This document shows, one piece after another, positions 8,838 to 18,674 of a stretch of DNA of 64,000 bases; the first letter of the stretch is position 1, and each line of letters begins with the position of its first letter. A program made the position numbers and the translations under genes. Below the pieces are notes generated by a model. That model was not told the origin of the DNA and did not search any database. It worked only from the letters and a program-made list of their open reading frames with translations. The DNA lies in the IMG/VR virus record IMGVR_UViG_3300042363_001351, positions 46,606 through 110,605 of that record; one strand, written 5' to 3'. This DNA comes from a virus (Duplodnaviria > Caudoviricetes).

Positions 8838-10154
8838 TCAACCTGATAATAATTGTAACGTATTGAACGTTTCATCCTCACTGCTAATAGAATCTCCCTC
8901 AGCCTGTGTAATAGTGAGAGTTGAATAATCAATTCTCATAGGCTGTGTATGGCCTCTTGGACCATATCTATTCTTCATCATACCCAATCTAATGATACCT
9001 AAATCTCTGTCTTCTTCGTTTTGAAAGATTGAAACAATTACATCTGCTGTAGCGGCTAGACCAACTGATTCTGAGATTGTTGCAAGGTCGGGATTGTCTG
9101 TATTAAATCCTGAACGATTTAATTGAGTTGCAGAAATTATAGGACAATTAAAAATATAAGACATTGCTCTAACCTGCTCTGTTACATTTTTTATTCTTTC
9201 ATAAGAGTTGGTACCAACAGACGAGTGCAACAAGTTAAGATAGTCGAGAACTATAGCGTGAATTGGTACGCCAGTATCTGTAAGCTTTTTAACAAAAGCC
9301 TTAAGCTGATTGGGTGTAATGGTTGAAGGTGGAAACTCCTTAATAAAGATTCTACCTTTATCCGCTTCTTTTTGATCTTTAATTGCCTGTCTAAGAGAAT
9401 GTGTGTTAGTAGCAAGATCTTTAAGAGGTATCTTACTTACGTTAGTACATATACGGCGCGCGTATAGCAGCTCTGACATCTCTAAGGTAATTAACAAAAC
9501 GTTCTTACCCTGATTAGCTATATTGGCAGCAATATTACCGAGAAAGATAGACTTACCAATATTTGTCTCACCGGCAAATACATACAATGATCTACCATTT
9601 TCAAGAAAGCCTCCATTTAAGGCATCATCCAACCACTCCCACTTGCTTGGAATAGCTTTTTGTACGTTACAAAGATCATCAATAAGAACTTCAATGTTAT
9701 TATACAAATCAAATCCTGTATCTGTAACAAGATTAATATTACACGACTTCTCAATCTTATCTAAAATCTGTGATGTATCGATATTACCCTTAGATATATC
9801 ACCGGCTACATCTAGCATCGTATTGTATACGGCCTTCTCTTTAAGAAATTGCTCTGTATTATCATAGAGTTCGTCTTTGTCGATATTTTTATCAATATCT
9901 TTTAACGACTCTACGAGATTTTTAAAAGACGTCCTTAGGTCATCCGTAGTTAGGTATGATTTTACCTCAGTAAGTGTTGGGAGCTTGCTACGCTTCTCAT
10001 AAAACTCTGAAATAATACTAAAGACACTAGCAATATTTTTATCTTTAAAATATTTAGGCTTAACATAGTCAGCAATAGATGCAAGATATGTAGAATCAAA
10101 AAGTGCTTTATAGCAAAGCACTTTTTCAAAATAATCATTATCTAGTTTACTCAC
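8838..10154 (-). CDS. 41: Replicative DnaB-like helicase gp41
   Basis: GETNIGKS Walker A, ITLEMSE, IKEFPP, LDYLNL, SATQLNR, KNRYG. Likely GTG start at 10154, 6 nt after TATAAT. Confidence 0.95.
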   Translation of the reverse strand: MSKLDNDYFEKVLCYKALFDSTYLASIADYVKPKYFKDKNIASVFSIISEFYEKRSKLPTLTEVKSYLTTDDLRTSFKNLVESLKDIDKNIDKDELYDNTEQFLKEKAVYNTMLDVAGDISKGNIDTSQILDKIEKSCNINLVTDTGFDLYNNIEVLIDDLCNVQKAIPSKWEWLDDALNGGFLENGRSLYVFAGETNIGKSIFLGNIAANIANQGKNVLLITLEMSELLYARRICTNVSKIPLKDLATNTHSLRQAIKDQKEADKGRIFIKEFPPSTITPNQLKAFVKKLTDTGVPIHAIVLDYLNLLHSSVGTNSYERIKNVTEQVRAMSYIFNCPIISATQLNRSGFNTDNPDLATISESVGLAATADVIVSIFQNEEDRDLGIIRLGMMKNRYGPRGHTQPMRIDYSTLTITQAEGDSISSEDETFNTLQLLSG

Positions 10155-10161
10155 AATTGTA

Positions 10162-10818
10162 TTATAACTTACCTTTCCATTTTTCAAGGAACCACCTTTG
10201 ACCCTCATTAAACTCCTCTGTAAACTCTTTCAATCCTGGAGAAGCATGAGTGATCATAATATCTGAAACGCCTAGTTTTAAACCTTCTTTATGGCATGAA
10301 AGACTGTAATCTAAATCATAAAAGTGAAATCCTGCAGGATTGGTTTCGTCGAATCTTACCTTTGTAAAAGCTGTTTTATTAATACAAAGAAAAACTCCAT
10401 CTAGTAGCAAGACCCTTTTAGGATAAGAGCCGAAAAACGTCATAGATTTATTTTTTTCATCTCCATGTGCTACTGCCCCATGGAGCTTACCAGAACCGAA
10501 TCCTCCCCCCATAATGTGCCATAGTGCAGGTTCCTGTAATTTACATTCCGTACTACCTGCAACTCCAATTACATCAAAAGATTCCATAATAGAAGGTAAT
10601 CTATACGCTAGATCTGATTCTATAATTACATCGTCATGACACAGGACGATAGCGTCAAAATTCTCCTCAATAGCAAAATCAATAGCCTTGTTATATACCT
10701 TAGGTAGAGATTCAGTGTTATTTTCCTTAAAAATAAAGCTATTATAAGCAGAGTGATTTTTATTTAGTAGGGTGTTCTTCCTACTACCTTTAGTTGCAGA
10801 AAAATAAAATATATTCAT
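10162..10818 (-). CDS. GT-A fold glycosyltransferase-like protein
   Basis: YNKAI, LCHDDV, LDGVFL, FHFYDLD motifs; start at 10818 overlaps the amidotransferase stop. Confidence 0.8.
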   Translation of the reverse strand: MNIFYFSATKGSRKNTLLNKNHSAYNSFIFKENNTESLPKVYNKAIDFAIEENFDAIVLCHDDVIIESDLAYRLPSIMESFDVIGVAGSTECKLQEPALWHIMGGGFGSGKLHGAVAHGDEKNKSMTFFGSYPKRVLLLDGVFLCINKTAFTKVRFDETNPAGFHFYDLDYSLSCHKEGLKLGVSDIMITHASPGLKEFTEEFNEGQRWFLEKWKGKL

Positions 10819-11480
10819 AAAAATAAAAATGGTGATTTTGTTTCGAAATGATTTACTACCTCCCAAGATTTGTAGTCCTTAAGCATTAAAATCGTACCCT
10901 CTGGAACCAGTTTAAATCCCTCACCTCCTAAGGTTGAAAAGTCGCCGTTATCGTTATAATGCAAGATGGAGCCCTGTCTTGCAATATAAACATCATTAGA
11001 GTCAGTATCAATCATACATAACGCAAAAGTACCTTCAAGTAAGCTTAACACTCTTTTAATTGTTTCGTGAGCAGGGCACTCGCCACTACACTCCTCTGTA
11101 AAGTGCTGTAGTAAATTTGGAATAACAGCTGTATCAACAGGATTAACATCCCAATCGATATGTTTAGCTCTTATTTCTTTATAATTTGTTAATACTCCGT
11201 TATGAACTACGGACCAGGATAGAGATTCGAAAGGATGCGAGGTATCATAAGACCAGGTTCGTTTCGCAGACGTAGGTGCTTGAACGTGTCCAATAAAATA
11301 ATTGTTTATATCGTCCAATTGAACATGATCAAAGTCAATAGTACCCTTCTTTTTAAGAACCATTTGATCACCACCACTATTAAGACCTATCAACCCTGAT
11401 GCAAAGTTACCTCTAGGTAGATTTGCTTGATATAGTACCTCAAACTTAGACGAATTATTAGCTCCAACTATAGCACACAT
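10815..11480 (-). CDS. Class II (Ntn) glutamine amidotransferase, stand-alone
   Basis: N-terminal MC(A)I nucleophile, RG..ASG, HPF, HNGVLTN, LEGTFA motifs. Confidence 0.85.
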   Translation of the reverse strand: MCAIVGANNSSKFEVLYQANLPRGNFASGLIGLNSGGDQMVLKKKGTIDFDHVQLDDINNYFIGHVQAPTSAKRTWSYDTSHPFESLSWSVVHNGVLTNYKEIRAKHIDWDVNPVDTAVIPNLLQHFTEECSGECPAHETIKRVLSLLEGTFALCMIDTDSNDVYIARQGSILHYNDNGDFSTLGGEGFKLVPEGTILMLKDYKSWEVVNHFETKSPFLFL

Positions 11481-11803
11481 TACTTTACAAGATATTCTCG
11501 CTTATCTTTTGGAATTCTCCAGAAAAAATCAATTTTTCCCGTAAGAATGTTTTTAGCAAGTGAAAAATCTGGGTATTCTATACCATCTTCCATAAGATAC
11601 CATGATTTTCTCTCCTTTTTAATCTTCTCAATACCTAGATTCTTAAGAGTCTTACTACCCAAGCCTTTAATCTTAAATAAATCGTTGTTAGATCTGAAAG
11701 GTCTATTAGCTATAATACGTTCAGCTGCTTTTTTACCTATTCCAGGAAGCTTGCAGATGCTATTAAATGACATTTCGTTAAAATCTCGCCAATTTAAGTT
11801 CAT
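11480..11803 (-). CDS. ComEA-like helix-hairpin-helix DNA-binding protein
   Basis: LPGIGKKAAERII..RPF....DL.KIKGLG tandem HhH. Confidence 0.85.
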   Translation of the reverse strand: MNLNWRDFNEMSFNSICKLPGIGKKAAERIIANRPFRSNNDLFKIKGLGSKTLKNLGIEKIKKERKSWYLMEDGIEYPDFSLAKNILTGKIDFFWRIPKDKREYLVK

Positions 11804-11807
11804 ATTG

Positions 11808-11815
11808 TATAAATA
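11808..11815 (+). promoter_or_regulatory. T4 late promoter TATAAATA
   Basis: Exact consensus, 6 nt before ATG 11822. Confidence 0.75.
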
Positions 11816-11821
11816 TAGTAT

Positions 11822-13306
11822 ATGAGTTCCTTTACAAAGCTACTATCTAGACTCACTTCTTTAAATGAAGCAAAAACTTCACCAATGGAGAAAATAATGC
11901 CCGGGTTTCAATCACAGGCTCGTGCTCTTGCTAAATCAAGAGGTGCGTCGTCTGGTACGAGAGAGGGTCGCCTAGCTATGTTGGGTATTTTGTTTGATTT
12001 GGATATAATCGACGATTCAATAGTTAGAATGTTTAAAAATGACCCTTCAGTAAGTAGAATGGTGGAGTATTTTGAAGCTAACGGTATTGCTTCGAAGATC
12101 AAAGCAAAGCGTGATGAAATTCAAGCTCACATTAAAGATCAACTAGAAAATAAAGTAAGTTTCACTACAGGTAATAGAACTGATTCGGCTCAACAGCGAT
12201 ATGAAGTCAATAAGCTTAATGATGAACTTAAAGCGGCGAAGAAGGTAGCAAGATTAGAGCGTAAAAAAGAAACAGCAGGAGCAATGTCATCTATGAGTCA
12301 AACAGTAGATATGTATGATGATCTTATTGGATCTCTTGAATCTTCTTATAGTAGCGAGTATATGTTGGAAATAGTTGCAGATAGAGATAGTGATCTAAAC
12401 GATATAACACAAATTGTAAAATATTTATCAAAGTTCGTAAATGCTGAAGATATAGAGGTTGAAGGAAGAAGCGTTGATGTAGTATTTGGTGCTTCTAGCA
12501 AGCTTGGTAAGATAATATCTAAAATGGGTATAGAGAAAATCGAAAGACAGATAGCTGATGATCTTAAGCCATATGGCGGGGCTGGTGTTATAATACACGA
12601 ACCAGATATTGATAAGAAAGACATGATTGGTAATATCAAGCCAGCTTCAATAGAGGATGAAGAATACTCTAGCGAGGAAGAAGATCAATTAGAAGGTAAT
12701 GATTATGAAGAATTAGCTCAAGATTATAGTTCTGGTATAAATCCTGAAGTATTAAAAGCGCAAAAACAAGCTCTTCGCTCTATCTCCGAGTCTACCGAAG
12801 TAACAGGTACCGCTGCTTACATAAACGAAAGTTTTGGTAAAACCCTAGCAGGGGTAGCGACTGCTGGAGCTATTGGTCTTGGTGGTTTAGGAGTAATGAA
12901 AGGTGTTAATAAAGCAACAGAATATATACAAAAAGCTTTTCCTAGCGATAAACAGCAATTTTTATCCAAAATTACTGATGAGGCAGATCGTAAGAAGATA
13001 ATCGACGGACTACAGGCTCTTAGAGATGCTGGTACTGACGCTCAACTATCAGGAAAATCTGATACAGTTGTGCGTATGAGACATAAATTTAGCGAAGTTG
13101 AAAGAGAAATGCGTAAAAAATACGATATACCTAACAACATTTACTTAAGTGAAAGTCAAGAGCCTACCACATCAACCTATCTTACTGAACAAGTAAAGAG
13201 TGATAGTGTTAGAAGATCACAACCTCAACAAAATTTATTATTTAAAGATAAGTACAAACCTAAAACCTCTTGGCAATTAGAAGAGCTTAGAAAATACGGA
13301 TTATAA
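11822..13306 (+). CDS. Putative head-packaged protein with multiple [IL]xE processing sites
   Basis: Late promoter; LNE, ISE, INE, LSE, LTE sites; acidic linker; Gly/Ala hydrophobic segment. Confidence 0.6.
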   Translation: MSSFTKLLSRLTSLNEAKTSPMEKIMPGFQSQARALAKSRGASSGTREGRLAMLGILFDLDIIDDSIVRMFKNDPSVSRMVEYFEANGIASKIKAKRDEIQAHIKDQLENKVSFTTGNRTDSAQQRYEVNKLNDELKAAKKVARLERKKETAGAMSSMSQTVDMYDDLIGSLESSYSSEYMLEIVADRDSDLNDITQIVKYLSKFVNAEDIEVEGRSVDVVFGASSKLGKIISKMGIEKIERQIADDLKPYGGAGVIIHEPDIDKKDMIGNIKPASIEDEEYSSEEEDQLEGNDYEELAQDYSSGINPEVLKAQKQALRSISESTEVTGTAAYINESFGKTLAGVATAGAIGLGGLGVMKGVNKATEYIQKAFPSDKQQFLSKITDEADRKKIIDGLQALRDAGTDAQLSGKSDTVVRMRHKFSEVEREMRKKYDIPNNIYLSESQEPTTSTYLTEQVKSDSVRRSQPQQNLLFKDKYKPKTSWQLEELRKYGL

Positions 13307-14050
13307 TTCTTTACAATTATTCTGTTCATATATCCCATCAAGCTTATCCTGTTGAAGATACTTGATGGGATCTCTATACCCAGCACTAATAAATCCTTGA
13401 ACGCGCATGCTACTTGAAGGTGTAGTTGCATCAGCAAGACCATCCTCACGATTACTATAGCATGTCCATGTGTTCTCGAACTGTACACCTAATTTCACAC
13501 CTTCCTGTACTATTTCTGCTTTCGACAAGGAGAGCAATGGAGCTTCAATGAGGATCCTATGTTGTCTGTTAAGAGCTGTTAGCTGATTTATACTATCAAC
13601 AAACTCTTGGCTTCCATCCCAGTAACCAGCTAGTGAGTCTACTTGCGCAGCACCGTACCAAACCGAGTCTGCACCGAGACTTTCCGCGTAAGCGCAGCAA
13701 ATTGTAATAAACATTTGATTACGAAACGGAACATATGAAACAGGTTGTGCATCACCAGCAATTTTACTTATATCAGGATTATCTATATCTAAGTTAGTAA
13801 GTGAAGACGTAGGAGAAATATCCTTAAGGTATCTTACATCCAATACCTTATTTGTAAATTTAACATTAGGAAATTTCTCTTCAAGATCCCATTTCTGAAG
13901 CGGTACACACTGCATTTCGCGACGATGCCTCTGACCGTAATCAAAAGTAACGGTATGAATTTCTTCATAACCTCTCTCTGCTGCCATAAAAAGAAGTACA
14001 GAACTATCCATACCTCCAGAAAACGCTAATACAAGTTTTTTATGCTTCAT
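13301..14050 (-). CDS. queC: 7-cyano-7-deazaguanine synthase (atypical C-terminus)
   Basis: SGGMDS PP-loop, FDYGQRH..E, SSLT, YVPFRN, GYWD, APL...SKAEIV, TWTCY. Confidence 0.92.
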   Translation of the reverse strand: MKHKKLVLAFSGGMDSSVLLFMAAERGYEEIHTVTFDYGQRHRREMQCVPLQKWDLEEKFPNVKFTNKVLDVRYLKDISPTSSLTNLDIDNPDISKIAGDAQPVSYVPFRNQMFITICCAYAESLGADSVWYGAAQVDSLAGYWDGSQEFVDSINQLTALNRQHRILIEAPLLSLSKAEIVQEGVKLGVQFENTWTCYSNREDGLADATTPSSSMRVQGFISAGYRDPIKYLQQDKLDGIYEQNNCKEL

Positions 14051-15134
14051 CGTTTATTTCTTCTGGTGTTTCTTCTTCAAGGTTACTATATGACCATTCT
14101 TTCTTGATTCTCTCTTCTAGTTTAGGTAGGATGGTTTCTTCCCAAAGCTTACTATCTTTCCGCCACGATTTGTAATACCCTAATTTAGTGCCGTCTTCAA
14201 GAGCATATGTCGATCCGTTCTGAATAACTACTCCAAGACCGACCGCAAGATCAAGCATGCCGTAATACCTGTCCAATCCGTTAGCAAAGGATAAGTACAT
14301 CTCACCTTCAAGATACTGTTTAATAAACCTGTTTTTACGTGTAAGAGCTCTAATAATAATTCCTGCATAAGATTTTTGACCTACGGCGAGTTCACCGTCT
14401 GTTGTTTTACCATCATCCGACTTCATAGGCTTGCGTGCAAGCTGTACTGTAACTGATGGAAGATAGACGCACGCCTTACCACCCGGCATATGTTTCTCAA
14501 TTGACGGAAACATTGCTGCGGGATCATCGTAAACATGATTAGTACAAAGAATAGTAGTCTGAGTAACAGCACCGAGGTTAGTACAAGTCTGCATTAGCGA
14601 TTTCATAGCACGAGCTTTTGTACCCATATCTGCAGAAGTACTATCTTTACCCATTCGAGCTAGCTCAAGTTCTGATTGAAGATTACCTAAAGAGTCGATC
14701 GCAACAATAAACTTACCCTCAAGTTTCTTTTCTTTAACAGATGTAAGAAATTTAAAGAGAGCGTTACGTGTTTGTTCGATACTGATACACGGTACATACT
14801 TTACCTTACTAATATCTAGACCTAGTCGTTGGGCTCCTTCAGGATCAATAGCATTTTCAGTATCAAAAATTACTGGTATAAGACCTTCTTGTTGAGCCTT
14901 AGCGAGAATCTTTTGTACAAATAATGATTTACCTGTCATAGATTCACCAGCGAGCATAGTAACTCGACCCTTAGGAATACCACCATGAATAGAACCAGAA
15001 ATGATAGCATTAAGAACATAGCTACCTGTATCAACCCAACCACCGACACGGCTTAATGTACTATCACTTAGATAAGTAGCAAAAGGATTTACATCATCGA
15101 TCTCATTTAAAGCGCTTAAAATATCTTTATCCAT
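14040..15134 (-). CDS. uvsX: RecA-like recombinase UvsX
   Basis: DTGSYVLNAIISG, GESMTGKS, FDTE, IDSLGNL, ADMG, TNHVY. Start likely 15134. Confidence 0.93.
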   Translation of the reverse strand: MDKDILSALNEIDDVNPFATYLSDSTLSRVGGWVDTGSYVLNAIISGSIHGGIPKGRVTMLAGESMTGKSLFVQKILAKAQQEGLIPVIFDTENAIDPEGAQRLGLDISKVKYVPCISIEQTRNALFKFLTSVKEKKLEGKFIVAIDSLGNLQSELELARMGKDSTSADMGTKARAMKSLMQTCTNLGAVTQTTILCTNHVYDDPAAMFPSIEKHMPGGKACVYLPSVTVQLARKPMKSDDGKTTDGELAVGQKSYAGIIIRALTRKNRFIKQYLEGEMYLSFANGLDRYYGMLDLAVGLGVVIQNGSTYALEDGTKLGYYKSWRKDSKLWEETILPKLEERIKKEWSYSNLEEETPEEINDEA

Positions 15135-15159
15135 AAAAAAATTATATACTATATTTTTA

Positions 15160-15375
15160 TTAATCAAGAGTTTGATCTTCAACTATAACGTGTTGAGCTA
15201 AATCTTTACTAATAGCAACCTTAGCTCCACACAACATACAAATTATATTTTTACCACCCTGTAGCTTTGTAACGTTGAGCTTTTCGCAAAAACCTAAATC
15301 TCTTAAATTATTACAACCACCACTTAAAGAGGTAATAATTACACGATCGTTATTTTTAACATCGTTAAGATTCAT
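15160..15375 (-). CDS. feoA: FeoA-family SH3-like protein
   Basis: 71 aa; L.D.....VII..L.G...LRDLG.....V.......GAKVAISKDLAQHVIV fits the FeoA pattern. Confidence 0.8.
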   Translation of the reverse strand: MNLNDVKNNDRVIITSLSGGCNNLRDLGFCEKLNVTKLQGGKNIICMLCGAKVAISKDLAQHVIVEDQTLD

Positions 15376-15418
15376 AAAAAAATACCTCTCGTATTATACT
15401 AAGAAAATACGAGAGGTA
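15376..15418 (-). terminator. Intrinsic terminator-like hairpin abutting the feoA start
   Basis: Perfect 13-bp inverted repeat at 15383-15395/15406-15418, 10-nt loop, followed by T7 on the minus strand. Confidence 0.65.
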
Positions 15419-15443
15419 AGTTGGAATTAAATTTATTTAAATA

Positions 15444-15788
15444 TTAATCTTCAAACAACCGGATTACTTCTGGCTCACCTTGTGGTGGTTGAGGTGGGGG
15501 AGTGTTAATATTGTTATATTGAGCAATAATTTTAGTATCCAGCTCAACTTCTGAAAGTACAATATGTGATTTATTAAAAGTCCAGTTATTCTTATCACGA
15601 GATTCGGTGCTCAAGAACTCCATAAAAATATACGGAAAGGACTGAACCTGAAGCTGACCGTTTTGAGGGTTAGGCTGAACATGAATAATAACTGGGTTAT
15701 TCAAGGTAATAGTTTTATCATCTTGACTAACCTCAGTACCGATAACCGTTCTACCGATGTGATCTACAATTGTTTTAATTTTACTCAT
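15444..15788 (-). CDS. Small beta-barrel (Sm-like) phage protein
   Basis: IG.EV......TLNNP...P-rich tail pattern, as in T4-like phage hypotheticals. Confidence 0.55.
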   Translation of the reverse strand: MSKIKTIVDHIGRTVIGTEVSQDDKTITLNNPVIIHVQPNPQNGQLQVQSFPYIFMEFLSTESRDKNNWTFNKSHIVLSEVELDTKIIAQYNNINTPPPQPPQGEPEVIRLFED

Positions 15789-15802
15789 ATAGTTATATTA
15801 AT

Positions 15803-16045
15803 TTAGTTTTTGTTTTTTTCAACTTTTTTATCTAATACCTGATTAATTTCGTCACGCCATACTAAGAGAGCTCGTCTCATTTGCTCAATACCAGGGTGAT
15901 TGTTAGCTCCAGTACCATTATCAAGACCCATCATAATGTCTGAGACGATCTTTAAAACAGAATTAATTCCTGAAACCTTACCTCTAAAATAAGCAGGGTG
16001 AGCTTTAGGCGTATCATCAAGTGCGGGTCTATCTAAGTATTCCAT
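15803..16045 (-). CDS. Hypothetical protein
   Basis: 80 aa, AHPAYFRG motif. Confidence 0.6.
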   Translation of the reverse strand: MEYLDRPALDDTPKAHPAYFRGKVSGINSVLKIVSDIMMGLDNGTGANNHPGIEQMRRALLVWRDEINQVLDKKVEKNKN

Positions 16046-16074
16046 ATGTTTAATTATAAGATATTATTTTTAAA

Positions 16075-18642
16075 TCAACTAAAAAGATCGAACAGTTCTG
16101 TTTGTACATTATCTGTAGGTTTTCTAATTTGCCATTTTACATTATCGTAAAATCTCTCAATAGAATTGTAAAGAATCTTTTCGAACATCTTTTCATAATC
16201 AACTTTAAAAATATCATCATACTCTACCGGTCTATTGTATTTAAAACCTACAACATCAATACCATACTTGTTAGGTTGAAGTGTGTAATAGAATCTGATC
16301 TTATCTCCAGATGAAATTTCTTCGTATTTTTTATCTATGCTTAGTCTCTTATTAATAAAGTTATGAAGATAAGCAGCCTTAACATGAACAGGTGTTCCTT
16401 TCGCTATATTAAACTCCCTACACTTAGTAGCATATTTTTCATAACCCTTCACACCCATAACAAATGCAATATCTTCGATAGGTAGAGTCTTAAACACTTC
16501 ATATGTTTCCTTCAATATATTATTAGTTTGATGATGAGACTGTGTGAGAAGCATTGTCTCTATTATCTTCTTTGCGTAAGGCTTGACTGCGTTAGGCATA
16601 GAGGTTCTAACAACTTCCACACCAGTATATTTAAATTTATCTACTTTAATGCCCTCATCGTCAAGTATGTGCATTACATATCGCTTTTTCTGTAAGAACA
16701 GACCAACATCCGCTATACATTCACGCTTGAAGACGAACCTACTATCTTTTGTTAATAGAGTTTTTTCAGCCCATGATGTAATATTATTGTTGAGATAATC
16801 TTCAACGTCTTGAACGACGTTATAAAACTCAGGATTAATATCGGTACCTTTTTTAATAGGTACACGATCCTCTATACAATCTAAAGAGAAGTAGCATGAA
16901 TCTGTATCAGAATACACCCAGCTCTCTTCAAGAGTATTTTTATCTGTAATATTGAATTTGGTGGTAAGATAGTCCTGAAGAAATTTACCGGCTTGTTTAA
17001 TAATAGCTTGACCTGTTAGAGTCACCGACGAAGCAATATCGTCGTCCCCGATGGGCGCTTGTTTGTTGCCCATGTATCCGTATGCAGAGTTAATAAGAAT
17101 TTTAATAACCATTTGTTTAGTGTTAAGTCTCTCTACTTCATACTTTAATGAAGTATACTCCTCATCACTAGATTTAAGCTTTGCAAGCTGCTGCTTCGTT
17201 TCAAATAAGTCCTTCTTAATTTTTACTCGCTCATTGTAATAATAATCAAGAAACTCAGGTATAATACCTTTCTTCTTCTGAGTAAAAAGAAAACCTGCTT
17301 TTGTTAGGGAGCATTCTTCTGACTTAATAAATGTACTGAATTTATCCGGAGCTAACTCTATACATCTCCCTGAAACGTGATAGATGTTAATATTACCATT
17401 ACTGTTTTTCTCTATTCTACCTATTTTCGTTTCAGGAGATAAATTTAAGGAGATCATAACGTTTGGATATAGAGAGTTAGCATCAAACGACACGACGTTA
17501 TTTTTAAAGCCGCTTTTAGGCTCAGCCACATACGCTCCTGGATTTTTACCAGCTCCCTGATTTCTAATAAAGGTAGATAGTACCTCTTTACGCTTTCTCG
17601 CTCGAATGGTTAGTGCCCCGTTAATCACTGATATAGTTCCCATCGCTCCTTCGAGTGTTGTTAGACCTACATAAGCTAACATTCGTAATAATACCACATA
17701 CTGGAGCTTGTCTTCTAGGCGAACAAGAAGATTAACGTCTTGAATGTTATAGTCTACAAAGGTAGTCCAGTCTGTATCCGCTAGAGTAGATAGGTTCATG
17801 TCACCGTAGTCAACCTTTCTCTCACCTAGTTCTATCTCACCAATTGCATCAAGCTTGTATGACTCTCTCAGCTTAAGGCAGAACCTTCTATAGATATCGA
17901 GATAGTCAATACACGATATACCTTCAATATAATATCGTTTTTGTTGCCTACCGAATTTACCCATAACTTCACGATGGTAAATATTACCTGTGGGTGATAA
18001 GCGATTTACATACTCTTGTCCAAGAATTCTCTCACATCTGTTAATAATATAGGGAATATCGAAGAACTCTGAGTTCCACCCACTTAACACATCTGGATAA
18101 TCACTTTCAATATATTCAATAAACTTAATAAAAAGGTCTCTCTCATTTCTACAGTGAGTATATTTTACTTGTTTGTTATTTCCTGTGTAAGGCTTTAAAC
18201 CAAAAGTGTGAAACTTTTTACTAAAGTTATCGTAACATGTTATTACATTGACAGTATGCTGCGGATCATCTACATCGGGAAATGAATCAACAGAATATGT
18301 CTCAATATCTATAAATGTTATTTTAAGATCATTCTTAGTAAATTCTGGCTTTTCATTTTCCGTCCAAAATGTATCAAGCAGATATTGCTGCACTACTGGT
18401 AAGTTTTCATAAACTCGCTTAATACCAGAGTCTTGAATAAATTTATTACGTTCGTAACTGTTATTGAAAACTTTCTTTTTGGCCTTTGTACCAAAAATTG
18501 TTTTTTTATCACCATTGTTATCTTCAATATAAAGATACGGCGAGACTGATACATCGTAAAGAACGCGCTTACCTTCTGTATCCCAAGTAAATAGCCGAAC
18601 TGACTGAGTTCGGCTACTATACACACAGTTTCTATAAGACAT
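16075..18642 (-). CDS. 43: Family B DNA polymerase gp43
   Basis: DIET, GWNSEFFDIPY, YNIQD exonuclease motifs; SFDANSLYP, KILINSAYG, YSDTDS, KKRY. Confidence 0.97.
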   Translation of the reverse strand: MSYRNCVYSSRTQSVRLFTWDTEGKRVLYDVSVSPYLYIEDNNGDKKTIFGTKAKKKVFNNSYERNKFIQDSGIKRVYENLPVVQQYLLDTFWTENEKPEFTKNDLKITFIDIETYSVDSFPDVDDPQHTVNVITCYDNFSKKFHTFGLKPYTGNNKQVKYTHCRNERDLFIKFIEYIESDYPDVLSGWNSEFFDIPYIINRCERILGQEYVNRLSPTGNIYHREVMGKFGRQQKRYYIEGISCIDYLDIYRRFCLKLRESYKLDAIGEIELGERKVDYGDMNLSTLADTDWTTFVDYNIQDVNLLVRLEDKLQYVVLLRMLAYVGLTTLEGAMGTISVINGALTIRARKRKEVLSTFIRNQGAGKNPGAYVAEPKSGFKNNVVSFDANSLYPNVMISLNLSPETKIGRIEKNSNGNINIYHVSGRCIELAPDKFSTFIKSEECSLTKAGFLFTQKKKGIIPEFLDYYYNERVKIKKDLFETKQQLAKLKSSDEEYTSLKYEVERLNTKQMVIKILINSAYGYMGNKQAPIGDDDIASSVTLTGQAIIKQAGKFLQDYLTTKFNITDKNTLEESWVYSDTDSCYFSLDCIEDRVPIKKGTDINPEFYNVVQDVEDYLNNNITSWAEKTLLTKDSRFVFKRECIADVGLFLQKKRYVMHILDDEGIKVDKFKYTGVEVVRTSMPNAVKPYAKKIIETMLLTQSHHQTNNILKETYEVFKTLPIEDIAFVMGVKGYEKYATKCREFNIAKGTPVHVKAAYLHNFINKRLSIDKKYEEISSGDKIRFYYTLQPNKYGIDVVGFKYNRPVEYDDIFKVDYEKMFEKILYNSIERFYDNVKWQIRKPTDNVQTELFDLFS

Positions 18643-18674
18643 ATAAAGCTATTATAGCTTTACATATTATTAAT

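Noticed and set aside
8826-8845. GGGAACT as a sixth promoter motif copy
   Set aside because: No -10 hexamer at the fixed spacing and no plus-strand gene downstream.
10815-14050. QatABCD-like defence system (QueC + amidotransferase)
   Set aside because: No KAP ATPase or TatD nearby; QueC is canonical in length and folE/queD/queE are present.
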